In this document: in pieces, positions 48,637-61,974 of the stretch
Position numbering within the stretch: the stretch's first letter is position 1
Layout: every line of letters begins with the position of its first letter
Assembly: GCF_006345805.1 (NCBI RefSeq)
Contig: NC_043011.1
Span: 54,882,464-54,946,463 of the forward strand
Length of the DNA stretch: 64,000 nucleotides
Direction of reading: 5' to 3'
Source of the DNA: Octopus sinensis
Taxonomy: Eukaryota
The notes under the pieces: model-generated
Seen by the model: only the letters and a program-made list of their open reading frames with translations
Databases searched by the model: none
What the model was told of the DNA's origin: nothing
Program-made: the position numbers and the translations under genes

Positions 48637-51186
48637 TATATATATTACATCCCATTTTTCGTGCCTTTGGTCTTGCATAGATTAAAGGATGGCTATGTGG
48701 TTAATAATTCCACTACCAAGCACTTCAGACTAATATCTGGATCTTTCCCGTCTGATGATTCGTTTCCTGATTATATTGAGAATTGCAACACATTTCTTGC
48801 TTTTCGTGCCAATTACGAAATCTACAACCGTTTTGAGGAGAAAAGAGACGGCTAAGAACCTTTAAAGATCGAAGTTTGGGGTGGTGGGGTTGAAAATTTA
48901 GCAAAACAGTTGGTGCTGTGATACTTATCATCTACACACCGTAGCATAAACAAAATCGTAAGAGACTGCTACCTTTTGAGAAATAAATTTAGAAAAAAAA
49001 AAACCTTAAAAAATCATTACAAAATATTTCATGAAAAAAAATCCCAACAGATTAACATTTGCATTGAAATTTTGCGATACCTTACAAACCCTAGCTCAAA
49101 GATCTTTTAAATTAGTTGCTATAGAATCGGCGATCTTTCGTGCTTTGTAGTGTTCTTGTAACGAAAGATCGCCATAGAATCATATACAAATAACATCGTC
49201 GACAGGATGGAATGTCGGGAATGGATGAATGTGTTTTCATCTGTGTGTGTCAGTGGAGTTGGATTGCAAACCATAGGTCGGGAACTTGTTTTGAAGCCAG
49301 ATTCTTCTATGAGTCTCAGAAAGGTAATGGACACTTCCACAAGTATATTCTTTCTGAATTATTTCTCAAATACGAAATCGTTGCTGTTCCAATTAACATT
49401 AGAGTTTTCTAACATTACTGTTCCACAGAAGAGATTATTTGTATCTCTTGTCTGTAACACCTTCCTAAAACACGCCAACACGCATACATATCGTTCTCTC
49501 TCTCTTTCATTTGCTACGTTTTCCCTCTCTTTTCTCCTTTTCTTTTGCTCTTCTGTGATTGCGCTTAGTCGTTCTCTCTTGTACTTCTCCTTGCTTCTTC
49601 ATTATCAAGTTTACTTTCTCTCTGCCATTCAATCTACCTACCTTGTTTTCAATCACTATTTCTTATTTCCTCATCATCCATATCTTTTTATTAGCTGTCT
49701 GTAATTTTCATTTCCTGACGAACCTTTCTGCACATAGCCATTTCGTTTATTTCTTTCTTACCTTGCAACCAATTTCATTATTTTGTATTATTCCTCTTAA
49801 ATTAGAATTAGAAACACTCATTCACCTGCCTGCCGTCTTTGTGTACACAGCTTTCGTTCCTGAACCAACAACATGCTTGGCAGCAGTGAAATAAGGACAG
49901 AGTTTGTCACGGCTGGCCGTATTTACACGACGAGCGGGAAGTGACAACGGAGAATTTGGGATAAGTGAGAACTAAAGAAATGCGAGAGAGTTGGGTAGGA
50001 TACTAAAGTGAAAGAAAGATGGAGTCATTAGGGAGAATGGGTTTGTGGAAAGAGTCGGAAAATCAAAGATGGCGGAAAGGAAATATTTACTTTGTAGGCT
50101 CTTAGCAACCCAAACCCGACCAAATACAAATAAGCTGGTTTTTCTTTATATGAAGTGTTTCCCAGGCAAATGTAAGTGCATTCTTAGTTGCGTGTTTCTT
50201 TTAGAAAGAAGTCATTGTGTTTCTGTTTTCCTACACAACAGAAACAAAACACAAAAATTGTCAACAGTAGCTCATACCAAAAAAAAGAAAAAAAATGTAT
50301 TGTTAGAATCGATAAATACATTTCAGAGAAACACTAAAAGAAAATTTGGAAAAAGAAATTAAGAACAAAAGTGGGAACATAAAAAAACAATAAAAACAAG
50401 TTAAAATTTATTCAAGTAACCATTTTCTTTCAAACTGTCGGTGGACAATATCTAATAACACAGCTCCAGGTAATCTTTTCTCAGATTGATACAGGAACAA
50501 TCACTGTCGCCAGGTGTATAAGATAAAGAAATAATTATAAAATTGGAATGTTGTTTCCTGTGTATAAAAATTCTGGTTGCAGATACATTTGCAGCTGTTA
50601 TGAATACCCAAAGAAACATTCGAATTATTGGCAAGAGTAATTTTCAAGGAAAGTACGAAGAAGTATTTTGCGAAATTTAAACTTGCAACAACAAAAACAC
50701 CCACAGGAAAAAAGTTGCTGTTGTAATTTTATTTAAAAGACACACACACATGCGCGTATATATATATATATATTATTTTAACTTTTCAAATTTTCCGTCC
50801 CCTCACACTAACCAGGGTTATTTAGGGCTGAAACAGAAAACATACTGAATAATTCCAAGTCTTACATCATTTGAATTTCAAAGTTTGAAAAGGAGACAGG
50901 CATAAAAGAAAAGGCAGAATCTGAAAAAGAATATTTGAAACCTTTTATCAAATGTCTACGGCTTTTATGCTCAGCATCAGTGCCAAATTTGCACATATGA
51001 TTTTTTACTGACAGCAAACCTGGATATCTTTTCACACTGGCGTATGTTTTTCTTTTCCTCTTAGTGAAAGAAACAACATAATCTGACATTATCCGAGCAT
51101 AATATATTTTAAAAAGAATTACAACTTGTCAGTCCATATATTAAAACACGGAGAAGTGAAAAGATTTATTTAAAGAAAGTACAAAA

Positions 51187-51363
51187 ATGAACCCGGAAAG
51201 TATATCTTCAATTTTCGTGGTTTTGATTGTCGCAACATCTATTCATCAAGTTTTGTCCCATGGAAGATTGATGGACCCACCAGCAAGAAACAGTATGTGG
51301 AGGTTCGGTTTTCCAAACCCTGTTAACTATAATGACAACGAATTATATTGTGGTGGGAAAATG
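51187..51363 (+). CDS. Secreted AA15-type lytic polysaccharide monooxygenase (chitin-binding type-4 domain), coding exon 1; gene partial in this window
   Basis: 24-aa hydrophobic signal peptide ending VLS, then HGRLMDPPARNSMWRFGFPNPVNYNDNELYCGG; donor ATG|GTAAGT; no exon with the expected GKCGxCGD motif found before 64000. Confidence 0.9.
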
Positions 51364-51779
51364 GTAAGTTAAATATTTATATTCAATATGAATTAAGAAT
51401 CTTAAAAAATACTTTTTTTTATTAACAGCTTTCTTGCATCATTTTCTCTTCTCGGTCGAATCGTTAGAACGTCGGACAGAATGTATTCTAACTCCTTACG
51501 TTTTTAGCTCAAATCTCGCCGGGGTCAATTTTAACTTTCATCGTTCCGGGGCCAATGAAATAAAGTGCCGATCAAATGCTATGATATCAATGGCTCTTTT
51601 TTCTTTGACTCACACTTTTCAATTCGTTGTTCCACTTGATTTCAAATTTGGTGTATTGATGTAGTTTTTTGTGCTAACTAAGGAAACGAAATTCATTTTA
51701 ACATAAATTAATAAATAAAAAGTTCATAACTTTTAAACTTTACAAATTTTAGTAATTTTAGCCAATAGTATGTCATAGA

Positions 51780-52240
51780 CATATTGGTGCCTGTTTCCAT
51801 AGTGATAAGCCACGGTATAGTCTGCTTGCTACTGTAGAGCAGTTGATTACAACAGCTATGTTCGTGAAATATGTGCGCAAGACCTACTCCGCAACCCGGC
51901 CCAGATTGGCAGTCCTGAGAAGATTGTTGAGATAGACTGAAACATTCTCAAGACGTAAATATTATACAACCGAAGAAGGGTGTTACCCGAGCAGTGGGTT
52001 TTCGGTGGAGTGTGTCGCGTGACCAAAGATGTTTTTCTTTATGCGATGCCATGTTGGAATCGGGACACACTGGAGATGCATACGTCAGTCGATTCTTCCA
52101 GTAGCCACAATTTTCAGTGACTTGTGGAGGACCTACTCTCAGATTCCTGAAATTGATGGTTATAATTTTCAACATAAAACAATGGACCACAGCATTGAAT
52201 TTATTAACTCGAAAGATGATAGCCACACCCAAGTGTCTTT
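51780..52240 (+). pseudogene. Merlin / IS1595-like (ISXO2) DDE transposase relic
   Basis: IGSPEKIVEID..RRK..YNRRRVLPEQWVFGGVCRVTK..ILPVATIFSDLWRTY..HKTMDHSIEFI..SHTQ across frameshifts. Confidence 0.8.
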
Positions 52241-53199
52241 ATAAAACGAAGTAATAAACGACGCTGTTGCACCCACCGTTCTATAGTTGAGTTTATGCAG
52301 CGCAAGAGATATGAAAATTGTAATTTGTTTGACAAACTCCTTGAGTGCTTCGAAACTTTCGTTTTTGAATTTTCGCTACAAAATATATATTGTTTACAGG
52401 AACTGAACTACGGTTTTTCTTTTTTTTTGTAATTTCACGTTCAGTTTCTATATACTATAATTAATTAATTTATTTAATTATGTATTTATTTAATAATAAA
52501 TATTAAATTATGTAATATACAATATGAAATCACATGCTAAATTTTAGAATTAATACTAGTACAAAATATAACTACAATTAGAAATAAAAATAGGGTTTAA
52601 ATATAGTCGCTATTTATTAAAAAAATTATTATATAAGTAAAGTAATTTGTGGCTACATTTAATTTTACGCTCGTCCAATGAATTAACTAATTTATTATGA
52701 TTATTAAATAATATTTCTTTAAATTCACTAGAACATAAAAAACAGGAATTACTACCTATACTATATGATTTCGCCTTACAAATTATCTCCTACTTTAAAT
52801 TATACTTAATTCGTTGGGATTTAAGTTCCCAACCAAGATTGACTATAATTTTAAATCGAATTTATTTCAATTGAATTTAAACTTAATTGTAATTTGAATT
52901 TAATTGTAGCAATGAAACGGACGTAATTTTTTTTACTTATTATATATTGATCATTCAATTTTATACTTTTTGAGATCTAGTTATATGTTTTATAAAAATA
53001 TATATTATTTTTATAAAACATAATATATTTGTTTTCACTGTTTGAGTTGCATAATAGTGGTTTTATCTCAATTTATATTTTATATATTTATATTGTGAAA
53101 TTCGATTTAATACTAAATTGAATTTTTCCCTGTAAGTTTGGAGTTATACTCCCTAATATTATTATATATATATATAAATATATATATACATTCCAAAAT

Positions 53200-53400
53200 G
53201 CAATTACATGTGGATTGTTGATGATTTTTCCCTCCGTCTTCCTTTTCTCTTGGATTTTCCTCTGTCTCTTGTTTCTGAAGAAGAGCTTTACTCAAAACGT
53301 AAAACACCTTTTCTTTCCTTCTCTGAACGTCTTGTGAATACTTTGCATGTACCACGTCCTCACATTGTTGTTTTTTCCTTGCCATGTTTTTTCTCGTTTT
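53200..53400 (+). mobile_element. Penelope-like pseudo-LTR fragment with mutated hammerhead motif
   Basis: GTTT-CTGAAGA-A-GAG..CTC-AAAA-CG-TA-AAAC at 53271-53305. Confidence 0.55.
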
Positions 53401-55057
53401 TTTTTGGGGGGGGGGGAATTAATTATATATATATATGTGTGTGTGCACATATATATATATATGCGTGTGTGTGTGCATATATATATGTGTGTGCATATAT
53501 ATATGTGTGTGTGCATATATATATATATATGGCATGTAAAAAGCACCAACCAATCGTGGCCGTTGCCAGCTTCCCCTGGCACCTGTGCCAGTGGCACGTA
53601 AAAAGCACCCACTACACTCACGGAGTGGTTGGTGTTAGGAAGGGCATCCAGCTGTAGAAACTCTGCCAGATCAGACTGGAGCCTGGTGCAGCCGTCCAAC
53701 CCATGCCAGCATGGAAAACGGACGTTAAACTATGATGATGATATATATATGCAGGATAGAAATAACTACAAATTGTGATTGAATTACATCTAGTTATCTG
53801 GAAAAAGGGAAGGAAGGACATATCAGTATAATGTAAACCTTAAATACACATAATGGATTTTGATCAAGCTGTGGTTTTTAATTGATTCTATACTATCAAT
53901 CCCAGTATTTATTGCAGTCTTATGTTATAGATTTCTATATATCAAATATTTTAGTTGGCTACCTTCAAGGTAGGTTTTACTATGGCCATGAGTTGATCAA
54001 AAGAGTAAAATTGTCAATTCAAGTGAACCAAATGGGGGGGGGGGGTACCTCCTCTGAAGGATCTCTGGAGTAACATTACTCAACAGGGTATGGAGCTCAA
54101 AGGTCGGGGCAGTCTTTCCTGGTGGAGATATGCTACTTCTCCACACTGAGAGACAATAGCCCCATGGACATGTGGTTAAAACATTGCAGGAAAGAATCAC
54201 AAGATCGATTTTTCAAGCTGAGCCAACCCAGCAGGAGACCTAAGGGAAGACCATGAGTGAAATGGTTGAATGATATCCCTAGTATTCAGCTGGTCATGCT
54301 TGGGAATCCTGCTGGAAAATGTAATGACTGTTGCTTCTGATAGAACTCTAAGGAGGAAGCAGCCGAGAACTCTACCACCTACAACCCTCCCAGAAACAGT
54401 GGGCAGCCAAAATGGATGGTTGTTTTGACATAAAAGGATACAACCCAAGGCACCATTTACACTGGTGTAAACAAATACAAAGCTAAAGTGGGAGTCTCAA
54501 TGTATTCACCTGACCAGCTAGAAATAGCAGCCAAATTACCCTTAAATTGCACACTGCTGACTTTAAAAACGAAGAAATACTTCAGGTAATATTGTACTAC
54601 ATATCCTTAAAAGGATAGGATAGTCATGACTAGAATATACTTGATTACTTGTCTGTTCAGTCGGGATTGTCCTGAAGTCAAAGAAAAACAAGTATTTGAA
54701 TGATCCCTAAGGAATGAAAGGCAAAGTTAATCAACCCCAGAAGGATTTAAATTCAGGGAGTGAAGGAATGGGATTAAATACAACATAGACTTTTTGTCTG
54801 CCACTCAATCAGTTTTACCAAATCCCTGTACTTGAATGGTCAACATGTTGCCTGTCTATATCATAAGTGGCACCACAAGGTCCAGTCCTTGTTGCAATAT
54901 GGTACCTTAAGTACCTCAATGAAACAGAGCTATTCCAGTGGAATGCGAATTCCTGGTGAGGATTTCTATAATAGACAAGACAAGACCAGACTAATATGAA
55001 CCACTTCTTTCCAGGGGTGAAACTGGTTTTGTGTAGAGCCAACACCTCTACCTAGAC

Positions 55058-55276
55058 CAGTGGTTTTCAACCAGGGTTCCGTGGAACCATAGGGTTCTGC
55101 CAGTCCAGTCCAGGGGTTCCGCAAGAAGTTACAAAACTGCTAAAATCGGCAGTAATTTTTAATTTTCTTGTGCAGATATGTGTGCATAAGACTATTAAAT
55201 TATTGCACAGGGGTTCCCCGAGCCAGTGGAATGTTTCCTTGGGGTTCCGCTCCAGCAAAAAATTTGAAAAGCACTG
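55058..55276 (+). mobile_element. hAT MITE, same family as 39122, with 8-bp TSD
   Basis: ACCTAGAC at 55050-55057 and 55277-55284. Confidence 0.9.
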
Positions 55277-56910
55277 ACCTAGACAGTAACAAAGTTGCAG
55301 AAGCATCAATGACAATTCTAAACCAAGACTTGAGAGAGGAAGTCCTTCCTTCAGGTAAACATTTGATGACATGTCAGGCTCTGATCTGAAACCCACAAGG
55401 GAAACAGAAGAGAGAATGATCTAAAAATAGCTTGTGATGAGATACTGAAGCAGGGATCAAACTGGAGAGAAGCAGAAAAGACAGCCAAGAGTCAAGAAGA
55501 GTGGAGGGAAGTCAGTGATGGCTTTTGCTCCATAAGGAGAGAAAGGCTGAAGTAAGTATGAGTTACAAAAATTCTGGCCATTGTTCCTGGGCTAGGACAC
55601 CATAATTTTACCAATAAGTATAACATATATCAGAATATCTGGATTATAGCAAGGTGAATTGAAAGAATCATTTGATCGTTGGACAAAATGTAAGAATTTT
55701 TTCTGAGACTTTACATTCTGAGTTCAAATACTGTCAAAATGAATTTTGTCTTTCAACCTTCTGTGATAATCATAATAATTATCATTGTTTAATGTCCAAT
55801 TTCCCTGCTAGCATGGGTTGGACGATTTGACTGAGGTCTGGCGAACCAGATGGCTGCACCAGGCTCCAATCTGATCTGGCAGAGTTTCTACAGCTGGATG
55901 TCCTTCCTAACGCCAACCACTTCGAGAGTAGATAAAATAAAGTACCAGTCATGTACTGGGAGGTGAGGGGAACCTAACAGCTATTGGGCTTGCATGGTAT
56001 TGTTGAGTCTCAATCTTCATTCAAATGTGAGACTCCAATGGCAAGTGAAAGAACATATCAGTTGGAGGATACTGCCGTGACATTATCTATTCATAACGCC
56101 TTATATTATTACTAAGCAACCAACACACACACACATCCACTGACCCTCTAAAAGTTGATCCTATTAAAAAAGAATAACACAGAAAAAAAAAACAAAAGAT
56201 CTGGAACATTATATAAGCAAAATTTTCCAAGAAACGGTGCTACCAAGGATAGATTACCATTTAATGGAAAGGATTAACCTCTCATCTATTTCACACAACT
56301 GAATCCTTCATTAAAGTTTGAAAAATAAAAAATATAAAAACTAATTCTCTCCTGTTCTGTAATTATCAGTTCATTTGTTATTTAACACATTACAAAGCTC
56401 GTAGAATAGTTACCATGCCAAACCGAATGCTTAGCAGCATTTCTTTGAGCTCGTTACATTCTGAGTTCAAATACCACCAAGGTCAACTTTGCCTTTCGTG
56501 CTTTCAGGGACAATAAAATAAGGACTAATTCAGCACTTGAGTCAATATAATCAGCTTTCCCCACGTCCCACTCAAAATTACTGGACTTATGCCAAAATTA
56601 GAATGAAATTATTCAAGATATTACAGCTTTAATCATTCTGTCTTTTTTGTATATATAAGACTACATTATTCAGAGGTAGTTTGGCTCAGAGAGAGGTGGT
56701 GGGGGAGGTGAATTAATGTAACATGTTTGCGGAGAGTACAATAATCAAAGTATTTCCAGAACTCAGTTTTACTGAGGTGGATGAGTCTTCTTGGGAGCCT
56801 TATATTGTCAGGCATCTCAGTCCCTTGTCATCTGTGAGGTTCAATATGTTGGGATCAGCTCTCACCACCTCATCCTGGTCTCCCTCTTTCACTAGTTCCA
56901 TTCACTTTAA

Positions 56911-57133
56911 CCTTTTCGTTACCAACCCGGCTGAAACTGGCTCTGGCTCTGAGTACAAATATCTTGTTTTCATAAGTTTTGAATTAAAATCTTCCACCAA
57001 ACCTTAGTCACAATTTATGTTCCTAACACTAGCTTAATGATAGTAACTAAGTTATTTTACTAAATTCTTTGTTATATTTAGAGTAATTGAAAGAAGCACA
57101 GAACATCTCAAAATAAATACAGTAACGAAAGGG
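56911..57133. mobile_element. piggyBac-type MITE
   Basis: TTAA|CCTTTTCGTTAC..GTAACGAAAGGG|TTAA. Confidence 0.85.
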
Positions 57134-57139
57134 TTAAGT

Positions 57140-57560
57140 GACCAGCACTTTATGCAATTGTCCTCATCTTTACGCATCAAGTGACCATTGCAGTCTTCTC
57201 TCTCTCATGCAACATCTGATTCCTCTTATTCCAGTTTTTTTTCTCTCTTAACACATTTGTACTTTGTTGTACATGCACACTGAGCATACTAGCTTCATTC
57301 CTCTCTCGTCTTTGCATGTTTTCTGTATTCAGGATCCATGTCTCACTATTATGTATCAGAGCTGTTTGAACACAAGCATCATATAATCTGCCTTGGTGCA
57401 ATCTCAGAGAGAGTAAGAGAGACAGCGACTTTTTGTTGTGAACTAATTCTAACTGTGAATTTTTAGCATCCTATTCTTATCCTAGCAACCATACATTCAG
57501 AACATCCTCTTCCACTATTAATCAGGTGATCTAGGTAACAGAAACCGGCTACAACCACTA
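57140..57560 (-). pseudogene. Decayed RTE LINE fragment
   Basis: GRLYDACVQTALIHNSETW..ERNEASML..STNVLREK. Confidence 0.7.
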
Positions 57561-58469
57561 GGGAACTTCTGGACATTTGATAATACACACAAAACAGGTT
57601 CCACAGAGCTTCTAACAATTTTGCTCACAAAGTAATGGCTAGCCAGGAGTTAGAGTTGAGGACACTTACCAAAAGTACTGGACAGTGGGACTGAACCCAA
57701 AACCACATGGTTACAAAGCAAACTTCTTAATTACTCAGCCACACTTGCACCTTTATTTTTTTTAAGCAATGTACACCAATTATTCTCATTCCTAGAGTAA
57801 CATAAAGTCAAAAACCTTTGAGAGTCACTATTTTAATGTGTCCTTTTCTTATTTAACCAGTGTGTAAGTAAAGGAATATTTTGCTACTATTTCTAGCAGG
57901 TAGAGTGCACACATACAGGTCATAGAGACCACTTTGTTTAGTTTTATCCTGATACTAAAGCAGTATAAAATCTATTGCTGTAAAGACTATTGAACTCCAT
58001 GTTTACTCTGAACAACCAGATCAATCACTCAATGTATTTCTGTCATGATTGTCCTGTTTTGTTATCTAAAAGAAAAAAAAAACAGCAAGATGTGAGTTGA
58101 GTGTGATTTTGTAGTTGTTTCTAGCAAGTTGAGTGACCATGTAGAGATTCTTTTATAGGCTCTATAAACGCTTGTAGTTCATAATTTCAGGACAATCTTG
58201 ATCAAGCAGACCAATATCATCAAAAGCATTCTTTTGGTTTATGCTCACAAATTGAAAGTGGAAAAATTAAGCATTTAACACGGAAATTTTGAAAACAGTC
58301 TTTTTTATTTCAGTTTAATCTCAGAATTATTAAATGTAGAATCTCCCAATCCATCTCAAACCAAAAATATTTTCAGAAAATGTTAAAAACAAAACTGTAT
58401 TACCTTTTTTGAGAAAGCAGGGTGGGATTAAAAACTTCACAGCTTTTCTTTATTTTCTGCAGAATTATA

Positions 58470-58970
58470 TTCAATGACTGGCATTTGTGCTAGCGGGGTG
58501 CAAAGAGCACCATATGAGTGTGATCATTGACGGAGCAGCTATTCGAGTATGAACGTTACCAGCGTCGCCTTACTGGCACTTATGCCTGTGCTAGTAAGGT
58601 GCCAAGAGCGCCATCCAAGCGTGATCGTTGCCAGAGCAGCCAACTGGCTTCCGTACCCGTGGCATGTAAAAGGGCACCATTCGAGCGTGATCGTTACCAA
58701 TGTCGCTTCGCTGGCACCTGTGCCGGTGGCACGTGTAAAGAGATTCGAGTGAGGTCATTGCCAGTGTCGCCTGACCGGCCCCCGTGCCGGTGGCACGTAA
58801 AAAGTACTCACTACACTCTCGGAGTGGTTGGTATTAGGAAGGGCATCCAGCTGTAGAAACTCTGCCAGACCAAGATTGGAGCCTGGTGCAGCCATCTGGC
58901 TCGCCAGCCCTCAGTCAAATCGTCCAACCCATGCTAGCATGGAAAGCGGACGTTAAACGAATTTGATGAT
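58470..58970 (+). mobile_element. Group C element, apparently full length; sister copies 59905-60380 (+) and 60926-61256 (-)
   Basis: Shared start ATGACTGGC..GTGCTA.CGGGGTGCAAAGAGCACCATA, modular body and RTE-type tail. Confidence 0.8.
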
Positions 58971-59479
58971 GTGGGAAACATGGGAATCTAAAGAATAATG
59001 TTAATATTTCCAGTCTCATTTTGTGAAAATGAAAAATGTCTATTATTGTAATCATTTTAGACACTACAGAAGAGAGCTCTACACATGTTTTGGTCTTTAT
59101 ATCACTTTAATCTCTTTAGTAAGACTTTAACATGACCTACTTGCCTGAGTAGTGACAAGAGGATCACATTAGAGTTATATGCACAATGACTAACCAGTTT
59201 TAAATAGAATTGATTTACAATGAAGAGTAAAACAAGCTCAACTAGGTATAAACTATTTGCTTCATTCAGGTGTGAAAAATAGGTTTGACACACCCTATAA
59301 ACTTTAATGACGTTAAGTGGAATTTTTCAGCCAGTGACTATCTGTGGACTGTTTGTTATATTGTTGATGACAACTTCTGTGTTGAAAATTCATTAAGAAA
59401 ATTAAATGGCTAGAGATTATGAGGTTAACAAAGAAAAAAGAGCCTATAAAAACCTCAAATGAAGGTTGTTTTGTCCTTG

Positions 59480-59850
59480 CTGCTTGTTTGTTTGTTGAGC
59501 GAAGCGGTCTTCGTCCCTTTGGGAGAAGTCTGAAATGTGGTCCTTTTGCTATTCGTAAGTCCCGCAGAAGAGAAAGCAGGTCAACCCCCCGACACCGACA
59601 CCGAGAGCATCGACGGATGGATGAATGTGCATCAAGGCTCAGCAGTTGCGTAGGAAGTCGGGGATAAGAAACAGGAAGAAAGAGTGAGAGAAAGTTGGAG
59701 CGAAAGAGTACAACAGGGGTCGCCACCACCCCCTGCCGGAGCCTCGTGGAGCTTTAGGTGTTTTCACTCAATGCCCGGTCTGGGAATCGAAACTGCGATC
59801 TTCTGACCGCGAGTCCGCTGCCCTAACCACTGGGCCATCGCGCCTCCACT
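59480..59850 (-). mobile_element. SINE group D, tail type 1
   Basis: Matches 235-585 and 40605-40948. Confidence 0.85.
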
Positions 59851-60846
59851 GTAGTGAATAATATCATCCAGAAAAAAATATCTGTAAAAACATGAAAAAT
59901 ATAATCAAAATCAAATTCGATGACTGGCGTCCGTGCTATCGGGGTGCAAAGAGCACCATACGAGTGTGATCATTGACAGAGCGGGGAACTGGCTTCCGTG
60001 CCAGTGGCACTTAAAAGGCACCATTCGAGCGTGATCATTACCAGCGTTGCCTTAAAGAGCACCATCCAAGTGTGATCGTTGCCAGAGCAGCTATCTGGCC
60101 TCCGTGCCGGTGGCACGCAAAAGACACCATTCGAGCGTGATCGTTACCAGCATTGCCTTACTGGCACCTGTGCTGGTGGCATGTGTAAAAGATTCAAGCG
60201 AGGTCGTTGCCAGTATTGACTGACTGGCCCTGTGCCGGTAGCACATAAAAAGCACCCACTACACTCTCGGAGTGGTTGGCGTTAGGAAGGGCATCCAGCT
60301 GTAGAAACTCTGCCAGCCCTCAGTCATATGTTCAACCCATGCTAGCATGGAAAGCGGACGTTAAATGATGATGATAATGATGTGTCGTTACACCTGGAAA
60401 TGTTTTTGATCATATCTGTACTCTATCAGGATTGACCAAGAGATAAAAAAATGCATTATTATATAATTAGCAAAATATTGGAAATGTAAACAACTTTAAC
60501 ATCAAAGTACACTTTATTATCAATAAAACAGGAAGCAATTTCACTATGGAAACAGTATATTTGCGGATACACCTGCTCTTCATAAAGGGAAAAATAAAGT
60601 AAAATTCATTACTTTCCTCCTTTTCTCTCATAAGTATCATTATAGTTATATGCTCTCAAAGTTGTATTGCTTTTGTATCATTAATTAGTTTGTTTCCCAG
60701 CCACATGGTTTCAGGTTCAGTCCCACTGTGTGACAGTTTTAAAATTGTAGAAGTGTTTTGTACAATGGCCTGGGCTGACCAAAAGCTTGTCAGTAGATTT
60801 GGTAGATGGAAACTTTAAAAATCTTGTCATGTTTTTATATATATAT

Positions 60847-60895
<49 letters not shown>

Positions 60896-61559
60896 GAATG
60901 AACATATAAATACATTACACAGGATATCATCATCATCATCATCCTCGTTCAACGTCCACTTTTACATGCTAGCATGGGTTGGACAATTTTGACTGAGGGC
61001 TGGCAAACCAGATGGCTGCACCAGGCTCCAATCTTGATCTGGCAGAGTTTCTACAGCTGGATGCCCTTCCTAATGCCAACCACTCTGAGAATGTAATGGG
61101 TGCTTTTTACGTGGCACTGGCAATGACCTCGCTTGAATCTTTTTACACATGCCACCGGCACAGGTGCCAGTAAGGCAACACTGATAACAATCACGCATGA
61201 ATGGTGCCCTCTGGCAACGATCACGCAGGGATGGTGCTCTTGGCACCCTACTAGCACAAATATATCAGTGGCCAGAACACGTAATCACAAAATTTCTCCA
61301 TAAAAGAAGAGTGTATAATTGTGAAAAAATCACATTCATAACAGAGGTTTATAAAAGCCCTTCCATTCCTAGAAATGGCAATCAAGGTATGTTTTTTGTG
61401 TTGATTTCTATGTACAGGAATGTTGTCCAGAAGAGAAGAATGGATCCACTTTTGGTTCCCAATTTCAAAATTGCAAAAGAAGGCTAACCTTTATTTTTAT
61501 CCTGTTTCAATTTGATCTTACTAATACATTCCCTACTTTTAGGTCACTTTAAATAAAAC

Positions 61560-61900
61560 CCTTGATTCAATAACACTGTGTAGAAACTCTATACTTGGAA
61601 TGACCAATTTTAAATACTATTGGATTTTACTCATAAGGTATTGGAATCTTATATGTATGCCATTCTGCCTAAATAATGGATCTACAAATACAGTATCCCT
61701 GCATATCTCACATCTATTTTCATTCCTCCACCTCACTCTCTATTTCGTATCTTATCTAAATTAACTATTGCCTAACCATCTGCTCACACCGTCTCTGATG
61801 AAGGGATACAATAAATATCCCAGTAACAGCTGTAAGATGTTCTATTTATAAATGTTCTAAAATCTACACAGCCTTGGTTTTTTTATCTCATTACGGAAAA
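61560..61900 (+). mobile_element. Penelope-like 3' fragment with mutated hammerhead motif
   Basis: GTCT-CTGATGA-A-GGGATA..TATCCC-A-GTAA-CAGCTG-TA-AGAT at 61791-61838; followed by (TA)n. Confidence 0.55.
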
Positions 61901-61974
61901 AAATTATATATATACATATATACGCATATATAAATACACACACACACACACACATATATATATGTATATATATA

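Noticed and set aside
48681-48855. Possible orphan terminal exon after TCTTGCATAG (LKDGYVVNNSTTKHFRL..)
   Set aside because: No recognisable homology and no upstream partner exons
49119-51089. Short ORFs upstream of the LPMO exon on both strands
   Set aside because: Low complexity or no motif; more likely promoter or 5' UTR sequence
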